Program-made: the position numbers and the translations under genes
Source: a virus
Direction: 5' to 3' (one strand)
Virus genome (UHGV): UHGV-0079970
DNA: 21,378 bases
Notes under the pieces: generated by a model
Told to the model about the DNA's origin: nothing
Seen by the model: the letters and a program-made list of their open reading frames with translations, nothing else
The model's database searches: none
Part shown: piece after piece, positions 7,207 through 15,620 of the stretch
Position numbering within the stretch: position 1 is the first letter of the stretch
Layout: each line of letters begins with the position of its first letter

Positions 7207-8603
7207 AAGAAACGCTCCATCTTACTGCTGTCAGTTCGTTTGTTGCTGTATCTGCGCGGCTGGGGCTGTTGCATTGGTGTGGAAAGAACCCGGGCACTCT
7301 CCTGGTCCACAGGCAGAAAATGTCCGTTATGAAAACGCCGGTAAATGGTCCCGAGCGTGCCATTACGCTGTTTCGTGATGTTGATTTCTGCTATGCCTCT
7401 GGCCTGAGTTTCCGGGTTGTATACCTCCTCCCTGTAAAGCATCAGAATGATGTCGGCATCCGCCTCGATTTCCCCGGAGTTTTTCAGGTCCGAGTTCATT
7501 GGGCGTTTATTGGGTCTGGATTCCACGCCACGGGAGAGCTGGCTCAGAGCAATCAGCGGAAAACCGCCGGATTTTGCCAGGCTTTTAAGTCCCTTTGAGA
7601 TTTCCCCCACAGCAAGGTCGTGACGCCCCGTGCTGCGGGTTTTAATCAGGCCGAGGTAATCGACCACAACCAGCGCCGTTTCCGGATGCTTCATCCGGTG
7701 GTGCTTCGTGGTTGCACATATCTCATCAATGGTCAGGTTTGCCTGGTCCACCATCCAGATATTACGCCCCGTCATTCGTCCCACGCCCTGCGAGAAACGC
7801 GCCCAGTCTTCATCTTCAAAACGGGCAACAGACTTAAGACGGGATACCGGCATTCCACCGGCAGCAGACACCATACGTTCACCAATCTGGATGTTCGCCA
7901 TCTCCATGGTGAACAGAAGCACGCCATGCCCCTGCTCAGTCACCTTGTCGATGATGTCCAGCGCAAGTTCGGTTTTCCCCATCGAAGGACGGGCGGCAAT
8001 GAATACCAGGTCTCCGGGCTCCATACCGCCCGTTTTTGCGTCCAGTTCATCAATACCGGTCATCAGCGCCCTGGATTTCTCCAGTCCCTGATTGCGGCAT
8101 TCAACACGGTCGACCACTTCCGGAAGGACATCATCAATGTGAACCGGCTGAATGACGCCCTTTCCGGTCGACAGTGAGGCCATCATGTTCTGCGCATCCT
8201 TCAGGGCATCCTCGGCTGCTTCACAGGTATACGCATCACGTAAATTCTGTAATGCTTCAGTCAGTGTTTTTTCTGCATCACGCAGTGCGGCATTGCGCCG
8301 CAACGCTGCGACATAGTGCTCCAGTGAAGACTTCACCCAGGTTTTGCGTCCGGTGTCGGTAATCACCGGGGCAAGTTCCGGCATCTCATTGCACAGCAGT
8401 ACGGGGTCAATGACGCCGGATATGCGAGCCTGTCTGCAAATCCCCGCGTAAATATCCCGGTACTGACGCACAAAAAATACATCCGCCGGAAGTGTGGCCA
8501 GAATATCCATCACTTCCGGATCGGCCCCACGCAGAAAAAACGCACCGATGACAGCGCCTTCCAGGTCATCGTTACGCCATGCCGGGGTGTTCTGGCTGGT
8601 CAT
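7203..8603 (-). CDS. Replicative DNA helicase, DnaB family (phage-encoded)
   Basis: 466-aa ORF with Walker A ARPSMGKT, Walker B-like LVVVDYLGL and a RecA-like C-terminal domain; follows the DnaC-like gene with overlapping stop/start. Confidence 0.9.
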   Translation of the reverse strand: MTSQNTPAWRNDDLEGAVIGAFFLRGADPEVMDILATLPADVFFVRQYRDIYAGICRQARISGVIDPVLLCNEMPELAPVITDTGRKTWVKSSLEHYVAALRRNAALRDAEKTLTEALQNLRDAYTCEAAEDALKDAQNMMASLSTGKGVIQPVHIDDVLPEVVDRVECRNQGLEKSRALMTGIDELDAKTGGMEPGDLVFIAARPSMGKTELALDIIDKVTEQGHGVLLFTMEMANIQIGERMVSAAGGMPVSRLKSVARFEDEDWARFSQGVGRMTGRNIWMVDQANLTIDEICATTKHHRMKHPETALVVVDYLGLIKTRSTGRHDLAVGEISKGLKSLAKSGGFPLIALSQLSRGVESRPNKRPMNSDLKNSGEIEADADIILMLYREEVYNPETQARGIAEINITKQRNGTLGTIYRRFHNGHFLPVDQESARVLSTPMQQPQPRRYSNKRTDSSKMERFF

Positions 8604-9499
8604 GCGGCAACACCTCCGATACGAGAACGGTAGCTGGGCCAGTTAAACGACAACCAGTTGCGCCCGCCATCGGTGATCCTGTCGGCAATCCGGGGACTGA
8701 TGAACGCCCACAATTCTTCCGGTGAAAGGTTGCTGATCAGGATAGTTGGCAAAATACCCTCATACCGGGCATTGATAATTTCCTGCAAAATGGCCATTTC
8801 AGCCGCACTGCCAAACTGAACGCCGACTTCGTCGACAATCAGCAAATCCAGTGACGCATAATGCTCAATGACGTCATCCGCTGTTTTTTCACTGTCATTC
8901 CGCCAGCAGTTTTTCACAGCCCGGGTAAGGCGCATCACGTCGGTGATCTCCACACTGGCCAGATAGTTACGGATGATGTGTTTTGCCATTGATACCGCCA
9001 GATGATTTTTCCCGGTACCGCAACTGCCGGTCATAACAAGACTGGTACCGTTCTCCAGCATATCTGGCCAGTTCTCCGCATAGCGGCGACAGGCCGCAAG
9101 ATTTCTGGCTGCGTCAGGATTAACCTCCAGATAATTATCAAACTCGCAGTCCCGAAAACGCAGAGCAATTCCGGCGTTATCAGTCAGTTCTTCCGCCTTG
9201 AGGGACGACAGTTCCATGGTCAAATCACTGGCCTCAGCGATCAAGCAGTCAGGGCAGCATGAAATTTTTTCTCTGTCCTCGCCATTACGATCGATCCACA
9301 CCAGTATATGCGTACGATATTTACCGTGTTTTTCGCAATATCCGCGACCTTCACGCATCAGGCAGGAACGATAAGGCCATGGCTTTTCGCCCTTCTGAGC
9401 AAATGCAATCTCTGCCCGTAACTCATCCATTTCTGCCCGTAACTCATCCATTCGCGCCTGTAGTCTTGTTTGTTTCTCACGTTGGTCAATCGTCATCAT
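8600..9499 (-). CDS. DnaC/IstB-like AAA+ helicase loader
   Basis: Walker A GSCGTGKNHLA, Walker B LLIVDEVG. Probable start is ATG at 9499 (GAGG 8 nt upstream) rather than the GTG at 9508 used in the ORF track. Confidence 0.85.
   Translation of the reverse strand: MMTIDQREKQTRLQARMDELRAEMDELRAEIAFAQKGEKPWPYRSCLMREGRGYCEKHGKYRTHILVWIDRNGEDREKISCCPDCLIAEASDLTMELSSLKAEELTDNAGIALRFRDCEFDNYLEVNPDAARNLAACRRYAENWPDMLENGTSLVMTGSCGTGKNHLAVSMAKHIIRNYLASVEITDVMRLTRAVKNCWRNDSEKTADDVIEHYASLDLLIVDEVGVQFGSAAEMAILQEIINARYEGILPTILISNLSPEELWAFISPRIADRITDGGRNWLSFNWPSYRSRIGGVAA
9411..9452. repeat. Perfect 21-bp tandem duplication inside the DnaC-like gene
   Basis: tctgcccgtaactcatccatt occurs twice in tandem (9411-9431, 9432-9452), encoding MDELRAE-MDELRAE in frame on the minus strand. 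Confidence 0.9.
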
Positions 9500-9509
9500 C
9501 GCTGTCACC

Positions 9510-10496
9510 TCAGAATGTCAATTTGTTACTGGATTTACCGAATTTGTCAGACATGGCTCCCAGGCCAGCCAGGACATCGACCTGTCGCTGTCGCCCACCT
9601 CCGTGAGCGGCTGGCTGTTGCCAGTAATCTTCGAAGTGACGATCGGGTCCAAAGAACGTCGCAGCCTGCTTCACGAACTGTGTGCCGGTATTTCCTGTAG
9701 CACGTACCCAGGCGGCATACCGCTTCACGCCATCAAGCATGGTCTCCGGTTTTATTCCCTCCCTGATACGGGCTTTCCAGGCTTTGAAGGCTGCTGACTT
9801 GGAATTGCCACCAGCACGTTTGGGATATTCCTGCCAGGCCTGTTCAAATTCCGGTGAATATTCCTGTCGGGCAGAACGCGCAGACGCGTCAGCGGATGCA
9901 TCAATAGTGTTTTTAGTCTCCGTTGTAATCTCTGTAGTAATCTCTGTATTTGTATCAACATTCGGCGTATCCCCTGTTCCGTTATGACGTCGGGGGGTGT
10001 TCCGTTTTAACGTAATAGCTGTATCGCTGATTGCATTATTGCTGTTACTTTCTGGCGAAACAGAAGAAGGTGTGGTGATGGCCGCAATTGCCTGTGGGTT
10101 GATCCCGACAAACAAAATATTGCTGCATTTCACCCCATCGAGCATTTCCACCGTGCGTAAATCCAGAGTAATAAACCCTGCATCGCGCAGACGCTTCAGC
10201 GCATCTGCGGTTTCCCTTTTCCCGAAACCAAACTGCTCAGCAAACGCCTGGTAGCTTCTTTGCAGTTTGTCGCCCTGAAAACGCTTGCGATATCCCAGCA
10301 ACGCTCCGGTGTGCTCATCCCTGACCTCTGTCGGGCGGTACCAGTAAACGATCTCTGAAAGCAGAGCGATAGCCGTCGCATCCGGACGCCCACTGGGTAG
10401 TCGAATATATTTCCACCAGTTCGCAGGTGTAACATTGCCGGAAATATTAATTTGACCAATAGCCATAACTTCCGGTGTGGGGGCGTAACGGCTCAT
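9510..10496 (-). CDS. Replication initiator, O-like (phage replisome organiser)
   Basis: 328-aa ORF with AAGGAGG RBS, directly upstream of and coupled to the DnaC/DnaB-like genes; N-terminal domain, low-complexity central linker (TNTEITTEITTETKNT) carrying DNA repeats, C-terminal domain. Family call is by position and architecture. Confidence 0.55.
   Translation of the reverse strand: MSRYAPTPEVMAIGQINISGNVTPANWWKYIRLPSGRPDATAIALLSEIVYWYRPTEVRDEHTGALLGYRKRFQGDKLQRSYQAFAEQFGFGKRETADALKRLRDAGFITLDLRTVEMLDGVKCSNILFVGINPQAIAAITTPSSVSPESNSNNAISDTAITLKRNTPRRHNGTGDTPNVDTNTEITTEITTETKNTIDASADASARSARQEYSPEFEQAWQEYPKRAGGNSKSAAFKAWKARIREGIKPETMLDGVKRYAAWVRATGNTGTQFVKQAATFFGPDRHFEDYWQQPAAHGGGRQRQVDVLAGLGAMSDKFGKSSNKLTF
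9911..9956. repeat. Iteron-like short tandem repeats inside the O-like gene (candidate origin)
   Basis: gtaatctctgta repeated in tandem (9925-9936, 9937-9948) with degenerate flanking copies. Lambda ori lies at the equivalent place within O (established knowledge). Confidence 0.35.
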
Positions 10497-10792
10497 ACAA
10501 CCTCCTTCCGCGGCATGAGAATTGTGTAGCCACGCGCAGGTTGTAGTCTGGCTTTTGCATCAATAGTAAGCGTTGCAATTTTTCGGATATGAAGATAACC
10601 AGCTCTTTCCAGTGCCAGGGTTTCCCTGAATATCGCTTGCTTAGAACAACAGCAGAAATCAGCAAGCACCTGATGATCAATAACTCTCTCGCCTTCACCG
10701 TCTGAAGAACCCGACATCAAAACACGCAACATAATTAGGCGCTGAATCGGGTTATCGAAAGCACATCCGCACACAAACTGAAAACAGTTCAC
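10493..10792 (-). CDS. Hypothetical protein, 99 aa
   Basis: GTG start with GGGAGG 6 nt upstream; stop overlaps the O-like start; part of a chain of coupled genes. Confidence 0.45.
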   Translation of the reverse strand: MNCFQFVCGCAFDNPIQRLIMLRVLMSGSSDGEGERVIDHQVLADFCCCSKQAIFRETLALERAGYLHIRKIATLTIDAKARLQPARGYTILMPRKEVV

Positions 10793-11013
10793 GCCACACC
10801 TCCCAGACGCTTAAACATTTTTCCAGACAGAAATACCGCCAGAGGGTAACTGATGGTGTAGCTACGCCCCTGTAGTTCGCACACGACTTTCTGGCTTTCA
10901 GCGTTGACTAGGCAAACCCGCAGAACGTGACCGTTGCTGGTGGCGAACCACTGCCCCACACGGGGGCAACGGTTGTATCGGTGATACAGGGAATTAACGA
11001 TGTGGCGGATCAT
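10789..11013 (-). CDS. Hypothetical protein, 74 aa
   Basis: ATG with GGAGG 7 nt upstream; stop/start overlaps with both neighbours. Confidence 0.45.
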   Translation of the reverse strand: MIRHIVNSLYHRYNRCPRVGQWFATSNGHVLRVCLVNAESQKVVCELQGRSYTISYPLAVFLSGKMFKRLGGVA

Positions 11014-11204
11014 GGACGCACCTCCGCCGTAGTTACGTATTTAACCGGGCTACCTTTCATTGAGATGGTTTCACACATCTCTGCCGCTTTCAGTTCCGCT
11101 GTTTTTCTGGATTTATAGCGACGGTGCCAGACAGATACATCCGTGCGAACTGATACATCGTTTCTGTATTCCGTAGTGGAGATGATGATTTCGTAACTAA
11201 TCAT
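11010..11204 (-). CDS. Hypothetical protein, 64 aa
   Basis: ATG with AAGGAGG 7 nt upstream; ATGA overlaps with both neighbours. Confidence 0.45.
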   Translation of the reverse strand: MISYEIIISTTEYRNDVSVRTDVSVWHRRYKSRKTAELKAAEMCETISMKGSPVKYVTTAEVRP

Positions 11205-12052
11205 GGGCGAACCTCCTTGTCAGAACCATTCAGCCTGGAATCAACAAGTGCAGCGCCAAAAACAGCATCACCAACACGGTCGTACAGTTTGCTAGCCAGC
11301 GGAGATTCAACGGCCTTAAGCATTGGATAAAGCTGGCTTGTCCAGATTTGATGGATTTCACGCAAATGCAGGTATACGCCTCTGGCGTTTCGTGCGACAG
11401 CTGACATATCAGACGCATCGGCACCTGATAAACTCTTCTCCATCAGGTTAAAGGCGTTGATGTATGCCTCTTTGAACTGGGCAGCACGTTTACCAGTGAA
11501 GCCCATGGCAAGAAACGCAAAACCGTCGCGGGTGATTTGGTAACAAGGGAGTTTGCGGCCTGATGCGTCGGTGTATTCACTTAACACAAAATTGTGTTCA
11601 GTAAATTCAGCGGAACATTCGAGGTTTCTAATTCTATCTAAAACCCGCTCATGCCGTTTAGTAAAGTAATTAGCTACTGCAAGAGATGTGGTGACAACGC
11701 GACCATTGATAATCGTGATTTCAGGGTGAGATTGGGTTGGGAGAGTAGTCATGGTGACAGCCCCTATGTTGAATTCAATGAACTCACCACCAAGGCTTTC
11801 CACGACCATATAGGTGGTGAGACGTACAGGGGTGGAAATACCGGTCAACATAGAACCCGGCCCAACCGAAGTTGGCCCTGCACGCCCCACCATAATTTGG
11901 GTGTAACGATGCTCATGACACGAAAAAACCGCATGAGCGCGGTTGTGCTCTATATTGAATTTCGGGTTTCCACGCCCGGCACCCGCTTTATAAGGTGCCT
12001 GAGCAGTGTAACGTCCCGGAATTGCAGAATCAATATGCTGGTGGCGGATCAT
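11201..12052 (-). CDS. Rha-family phage regulatory protein with an N-terminal extension, 283 aa
   Basis: C-terminal half has Rha-like motifs (SLAVANYFTKRHERVLDRIRNL ... ITRDGFAFLAMGFTGKRAAQFKEAYINAFNLME); N-terminal ~100 aa (IDSAIPGRYT..APYKAGAG..IMVGRAG) is paralogous to the next gene. GGGAGG RBS. Confidence 0.6.
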   Translation of the reverse strand: MIRHQHIDSAIPGRYTAQAPYKAGAGRGNPKFNIEHNRAHAVFSCHEHRYTQIMVGRAGPTSVGPGSMLTGISTPVRLTTYMVVESLGGEFIEFNIGAVTMTTLPTQSHPEITIINGRVVTTSLAVANYFTKRHERVLDRIRNLECSAEFTEHNFVLSEYTDASGRKLPCYQITRDGFAFLAMGFTGKRAAQFKEAYINAFNLMEKSLSGADASDMSAVARNARGVYLHLREIHQIWTSQLYPMLKAVESPLASKLYDRVGDAVFGAALVDSRLNGSDKEVRP

Positions 12053-12711
12053 AGGTGCACCTCCCGTTGATTACGACGGAACGCGGAGTGACCCTGGACG
12101 GTTTCAGCCTCATGGAATGCTTCAATACAGCTCTCGTAGTACCGCATTGTGCGCAGACTTAACCCAAGCTGAAGCATCATCAGACCATCAAGGGTGATGT
12201 AATAACCACGCAGGGAGTCACCGTAGATGTGATAAGTACCCGGTATGAAATTGCGGGTAAAAAACTCGCGTGAGCAGTTCAGATACTCGATTTTGTCAAC
12301 GATGTTCTGGTGCATGCGCTTGAAATGGCAGGCAACATGCAGGGAGAAAATAACGGCCTTGCCGTTGACGACTTCGATTTTTAGGAATGGGGAAGTTAGG
12401 ACAGTAGCCATGATGGCAGCCTCCGTTGACAGTGAAAAACTTCCACCACCGGAAACGCCAATTTCACTGGTGGTGAACTGGACGGGGTTGGCGTAACCGG
12501 CGTCAACGGAGACCGGCGCACCTTTCGGTGCCCCCGCCCAGCCCACCATAATCTGGATGTGAGCAAATGCGGACGATAAAAAAGACGCTGGCGCGTCATA
12601 CATCGCCGTTGACAATTTCAGGACGCCAATCCCGGCACCCGCTTTATAAGGTGCGGAGACAGTGTAACGTCCCGAAATTGCAGAATCAATATTTGGTCTT
12701 GAAATGATCAT
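12049..12711 (-). CDS. Paralog of the preceding gene, Rha-like (more diverged), 220 aa
   Basis: Aligns along its length with the 11201-12052 product (MIISRPNIDSAISGRYTVSAPYKAGAG ... IMVGWAG ... FSLHVACHFKRMHQNIVDKIEYL ... ITLDGLMMLQLG). No obvious SD at its ATG. Confidence 0.5.
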   Translation of the reverse strand: MIISRPNIDSAISGRYTVSAPYKAGAGIGVLKLSTAMYDAPASFLSSAFAHIQIMVGWAGAPKGAPVSVDAGYANPVQFTTSEIGVSGGGSFSLSTEAAIMATVLTSPFLKIEVVNGKAVIFSLHVACHFKRMHQNIVDKIEYLNCSREFFTRNFIPGTYHIYGDSLRGYYITLDGLMMLQLGLSLRTMRYYESCIEAFHEAETVQGHSAFRRNQREVHL

Positions 12712-12819
12712 ATAGCTGCTGATATCTTTAGAACTGTTCTTGGATGTTTCGGAGCCGTTTTATGCGAAACAGCTCCCCGTTATTGATGTTGAGTGAGCCG
12801 GGTTACTCCCGGCTTTTTT

Positions 12820-13527
12820 TCACCGCTGCCAACCAATAACCTGAAATAACCCCATTTTCGGGTGATACCAGCGAGTCCCTCGCGGTTCTGCTTCCTCCAT
12901 AACCCGATAAAAAGCAGCCATAAACGGTTCCACAGCAACAATTGCGCGACGTGACAACAATCCGTCCGGCGTCATGAACTCATGTGTGTCTGTAGGAATT
13001 TGATAGGCGTTCACCAGATTGCGGCATTTATCATCTGACAAACCGGTTTTTGCTTTCAGTTGGCGATATCCGGCATAGCCCTCACGAATAGTGCCCTTTT
13101 TAATTTGCTCGACTGTTTCAGCAACGTGGCTGACTTTTTCTTCCACCTGAGTGATCCGTTTCTGTTGGCGAACGGCTTCAAGAGCCATCGCGGCAACCAT
13201 TTCGATTTCGCTCATTGGCTTACGGATCTGTTCTTCCAGTTCGCGCCAGCGATCTACCAGGCGAGCTGTGAATTCAGGACAGAGCTGTGCGACGACAATG
13301 ATGCTGTCGCGCTTACCTCGTTCACCTTCGAATACATACGCGCTAGAAAATCGGCGAGGCCCAAGTGATTGTTTATTCTCAATTTCCACAGTCTGTGGAA
13401 ATTGGATGATTCCCTTTTTAGCCAGTGTTTCAATAGTTCTCTTAACACTATCTGGTCGGCTTCCCACCAGCTCTGCGATCTCAACGCTGGTCATGGATGC
13501 TTTGCCGTTAAAAATTGCGGTGTTCAT
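12820..13527 (-). CDS. Phage regulatory / antirepressor-like protein with N-terminal Rha/AntA-like DNA-binding region, 235 aa
   Basis: N-terminus MTSVEIAELVGSRPDSVKRTIETL resembles the start of Rha/antirepressor domains; AGGAGA RBS 8 nt upstream; first long gene of the rightward-equivalent early operon. Confidence 0.5.
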   Translation of the reverse strand: MNTAIFNGKASMTSVEIAELVGSRPDSVKRTIETLAKKGIIQFPQTVEIENKQSLGPRRFSSAYVFEGERGKRDSIIVVAQLCPEFTARLVDRWRELEEQIRKPMSEIEMVAAMALEAVRQQKRITQVEEKVSHVAETVEQIKKGTIREGYAGYRQLKAKTGLSDDKCRNLVNAYQIPTDTHEFMTPDGLLSRRAIVAVEPFMAAFYRVMEEAEPRGTRWYHPKMGLFQVIGWQR

Positions 13528-13751
13528 TGTTGGTCTCCTGTGGGCTTGTCATCTTCTGTATTCGCTAGACTTGGGTGTGTATATGGAATGCTCGGATCCA
13601 GATGACAAAGAATGGCAACATCCTCCGGAACACCTCGCGTTTTCCACTTTCCAACACCTTGACTGCCACGAGGCCTTCCTTTCTTTGGGAACCTGCGACC
13701 AATAGCGGCATTGGTTTTAAATTGAATTTTTAATATTTCATAAAGGGTCAT
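13524..13751 (-). CDS. Hypothetical small basic protein in the cro position, 75 aa
   Basis: Divergent from cI with a ~110-bp intergenic region carrying repeated operator-like motifs; stop overlaps the next gene start. No clear HTH or SD, so function and even reality are uncertain. Confidence 0.3.
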   Translation of the reverse strand: MTLYEILKIQFKTNAAIGRRFPKKGRPRGSQGVGKWKTRGVPEDVAILCHLDPSIPYTHPSLANTEDDKPTGDQQ

Positions 13752-13862
13752 TCTTTAGTCTCACACCAGATACTTTGTTATTCAACGATGTTAACCACAG
13801 GAATCCAAAGTATCAAGAAATTCTGTTACTTTAGTATCAACAGCCATGAGAGGAGAAGAAAA
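13752..13862. promoter_or_regulatory. Immunity-region intergenic with repeated operator-like motifs (OR-like)
   Basis: GATACTTTG (13769-13777) and its reverse complement CAAAGTATC (13806-13814) form a perfect 9-bp inverted repeat; a further AGTATCAA copy at 13833-13840; the same motif recurs downstream of cI. Confidence 0.4.
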
Positions 13863-14519
13863 ATGAAGTCTTTAGGTGAACGTCTCATCAACGCACGGCA
13901 AAAAGCTGGGTTAACACAAGATGCGTTGGCTAAAAAAGCTGGGATCACCAGAGTTGCAATCAGTAAAGCCGAGCAAGGCCTTACAAAAAGTTTCAACGGT
14001 GACACCCTTTTTAAAGTTGCAGCTGCACTGCGGTGTTCACCGCAGTGGCTTCAGAACGGAGATGAAAAAGATAAGCATTGGGAAAATAATGTTAAGAGCT
14101 GCCCACAGAGAGACACAGCACACTCTTACCCTGTAATTAACTGGGTTCAGGCAGGATTATTCGCAACTTCTGGTGATGACTACAACATGTATGATCAGGA
14201 TAATTGGAGGCATTCTGTAAAATACGCTGGTGAGAGGGGGTTCTGGCTGGAAGTGCACGGAGACTCAATGACTTCGCCCGTAGGAATAACATTTCCTGAA
14301 GGAATGTCGATCCTTGTCAACCCAGATAAAGAAGTTTTTTCAGGGTGTTACGTCATCGCCAGAAAAAAATCTACCAATGAAGCAACATTCAAAAAATATA
14401 TTTCTGACATGGGAAAGGCGTTTCTAAAGCCCCTTAATCCACAATATCCAATCATAGAAATGGACAATGATTGCGAAATAGTAGGTGTTGTGGTTGATGC
14501 CAGGTGGGATATTTTCTGA
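13863..14519 (+). CDS. cI: CI-type prophage repressor (N-terminal HTH, C-terminal S24 LexA-like autopeptidase)
   Basis: ATG at 13863 with GAGAGGAG SD (the ORF track's 13788 start is an upstream extension). HTH LTQDALAKKAGITRVAISKAEQG; catalytic Ser in GDSM and Lys in FKK; candidate Ala-Gly cleavage site in VQAGLF. C-terminal domain closely resembles lambda CI as I recall it. Confidence 0.9.
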   Translation: MKSLGERLINARQKAGLTQDALAKKAGITRVAISKAEQGLTKSFNGDTLFKVAAALRCSPQWLQNGDEKDKHWENNVKSCPQRDTAHSYPVINWVQAGLFATSGDDYNMYDQDNWRHSVKYAGERGFWLEVHGDSMTSPVGITFPEGMSILVNPDKEVFSGCYVIARKKSTNEATFKKYISDMGKAFLKPLNPQYPIIEMDNDCEIVGVVVDARWDIF

Positions 14520-14544
14520 CCAGAAACAAAACACAAAAAGAAAC

Positions 14545-14580
14545 CAAAGTATCAAAAATCACTTGCCACACCTTGATACC
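14545..14580. promoter_or_regulatory. Operator-like inverted repeat downstream of cI (OL-like), possible promoter for the early-left genes
   Basis: CAAAGTATCAA (14545-14555) and inverted TTGATAC (14573-14579), same motif family as upstream of cI; possible -35 TTGCCA (14563-14568) and -10 TACCAT (14586-14591) with 17-bp spacer. Confidence 0.3.
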
Positions 14581-14622
14581 TTAGTTACCATAAAACAAAG
14601 TTCGTAACTGAGGTATCATCTC

Positions 14623-15126
14623 ATGATCAATAAAGCTACAACTCTTGACTGTCTCGAAGAACTGAAAAACCTCGGCAGCCTCATTACACTAATAGCAAAA
14701 GCAACACCTGATGCTACGCTCTCTAGCGATATAGAGTCATGCGCAGGACTGGCATGGGATATGACAAATAGCATATCCAGAAAGCTATCGTCAGCAATGC
14801 TTTTACAGAACAAAAATTCTGCAATCAACAACCGTCTTCGCACCCAACGCGAAGCCTGCGGCTTAACAACCGCCGAACTCGCCAGGCTGCTCGATCTCGA
14901 TGAAGAAATTATCATCCAGTGGGAGAGCGGAGAGTATGAACCAACTATCAGTATGCTTATCCCACTGGCAAATATTCTTGGCTGCGATGCGATGTGGCTG
15001 TTAACTGGTGAGGTTACTCCTCCGGAGCAACCAAAAAGTGAGGAGCAGCAACACCATGACGCATCTCAACAAGTTTGCCCCTTATCTCGCGAAGCTCTTC
15101 TACGGAAGAACCAATACCAATGGTGA
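14623..15126 (+). CDS. XRE-family HTH protein with N-terminal domain of unknown function, 167 aa
   Basis: HTH block LTTAELARLLDLDEEIIIQWESGEYEPTISMLIPLANILGCD; GAGG SD 9 nt upstream; first gene after the OL-like site. Confidence 0.55.
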   Translation: MINKATTLDCLEELKNLGSLITLIAKATPDATLSSDIESCAGLAWDMTNSISRKLSSAMLLQNKNSAINNRLRTQREACGLTTAELARLLDLDEEIIIQWESGEYEPTISMLIPLANILGCDAMWLLTGEVTPPEQPKSEEQQHHDASQQVCPLSREALLRKNQYQW

Positions 15127-15274
15127 CATAATCGCCGCTTCGCCCCTCAAGGTACATGCGAACATTTTTATCAATCATTGCGGAAACAGTCTTAATATGA
15201 AAACACTTCTGAGACTCGCTATATAGCAGAACATATAAGTCAGCTGAGGAAACCATGAAAAAGTTCGAAAACAT
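15014..15274 (-). CDS. Possible small minus-strand ORF, 86 aa (uncertain)
   Basis: ATG at 15274 with GGAG 7 nt upstream, but overlaps the 3' end of the XRE gene and the start of the next plus-strand gene; may be spurious. Confidence 0.2.
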   Translation of the reverse strand: MFSNFFMVSSADLYVLLYSESQKCFHIKTVSAMIDKNVRMYLEGRSGDYVTIGIGSSVEELREIRGKLVEMRHGVAAPHFLVAPEE

Positions 15275-15620
15275 AACTGTTCTCCATGTTGATGACTTTG
15301 ATTATACAAACCCGGAACTTCTCCCGGAGGTTGTAAAGGCAATAGATGTTGCCGATATAGTGATTAGAGAAAAGAGAATTGTCAAAAACAGGCTCGTATG
15401 CACTTCAGGAGCAATGACAGAAACAACCTCACAGCAAGATAATTACGAAGGCATTTGCCTGGAGCCTGATTCATTTGCGGTAAATGTTTATCATTTATTG
15501 CATGCAACACAGGTATTACATATGTCCAGTAATCACGAAACGAAAACACTCGGCAGCGAAATTCTGAATTTTGCATGTGAGTATACAAAAGCTGCTGCCG
15601 AAAAAGAATTAGCGCAATAA
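15255..15620 (+). CDS. Hypothetical protein, 121 aa
   Basis: ATG with GAGGAAA SD; no recognisable motifs. Confidence 0.5.
   Translation: MKKFENITVLHVDDFDYTNPELLPEVVKAIDVADIVIREKRIVKNRLVCTSGAMTETTSQQDNYEGICLEPDSFAVNVYHLLHATQVLHMSSNHETKTLGSEILNFACEYTKAAAEKELAQ

Noticed and set aside
7620-8177. 185-aa and 127-aa plus-strand ORFs inside the DnaB-like gene
   Set aside because: Antisense to a gene with clear Walker motifs; typical shadow ORFs in GC-rich coding sequence.
14616-14915. 99-aa minus-strand ORF overlapping the XRE HTH gene
   Set aside because: Antisense to a gene with a clear HTH motif; Ser/Arg-rich low-complexity translation.
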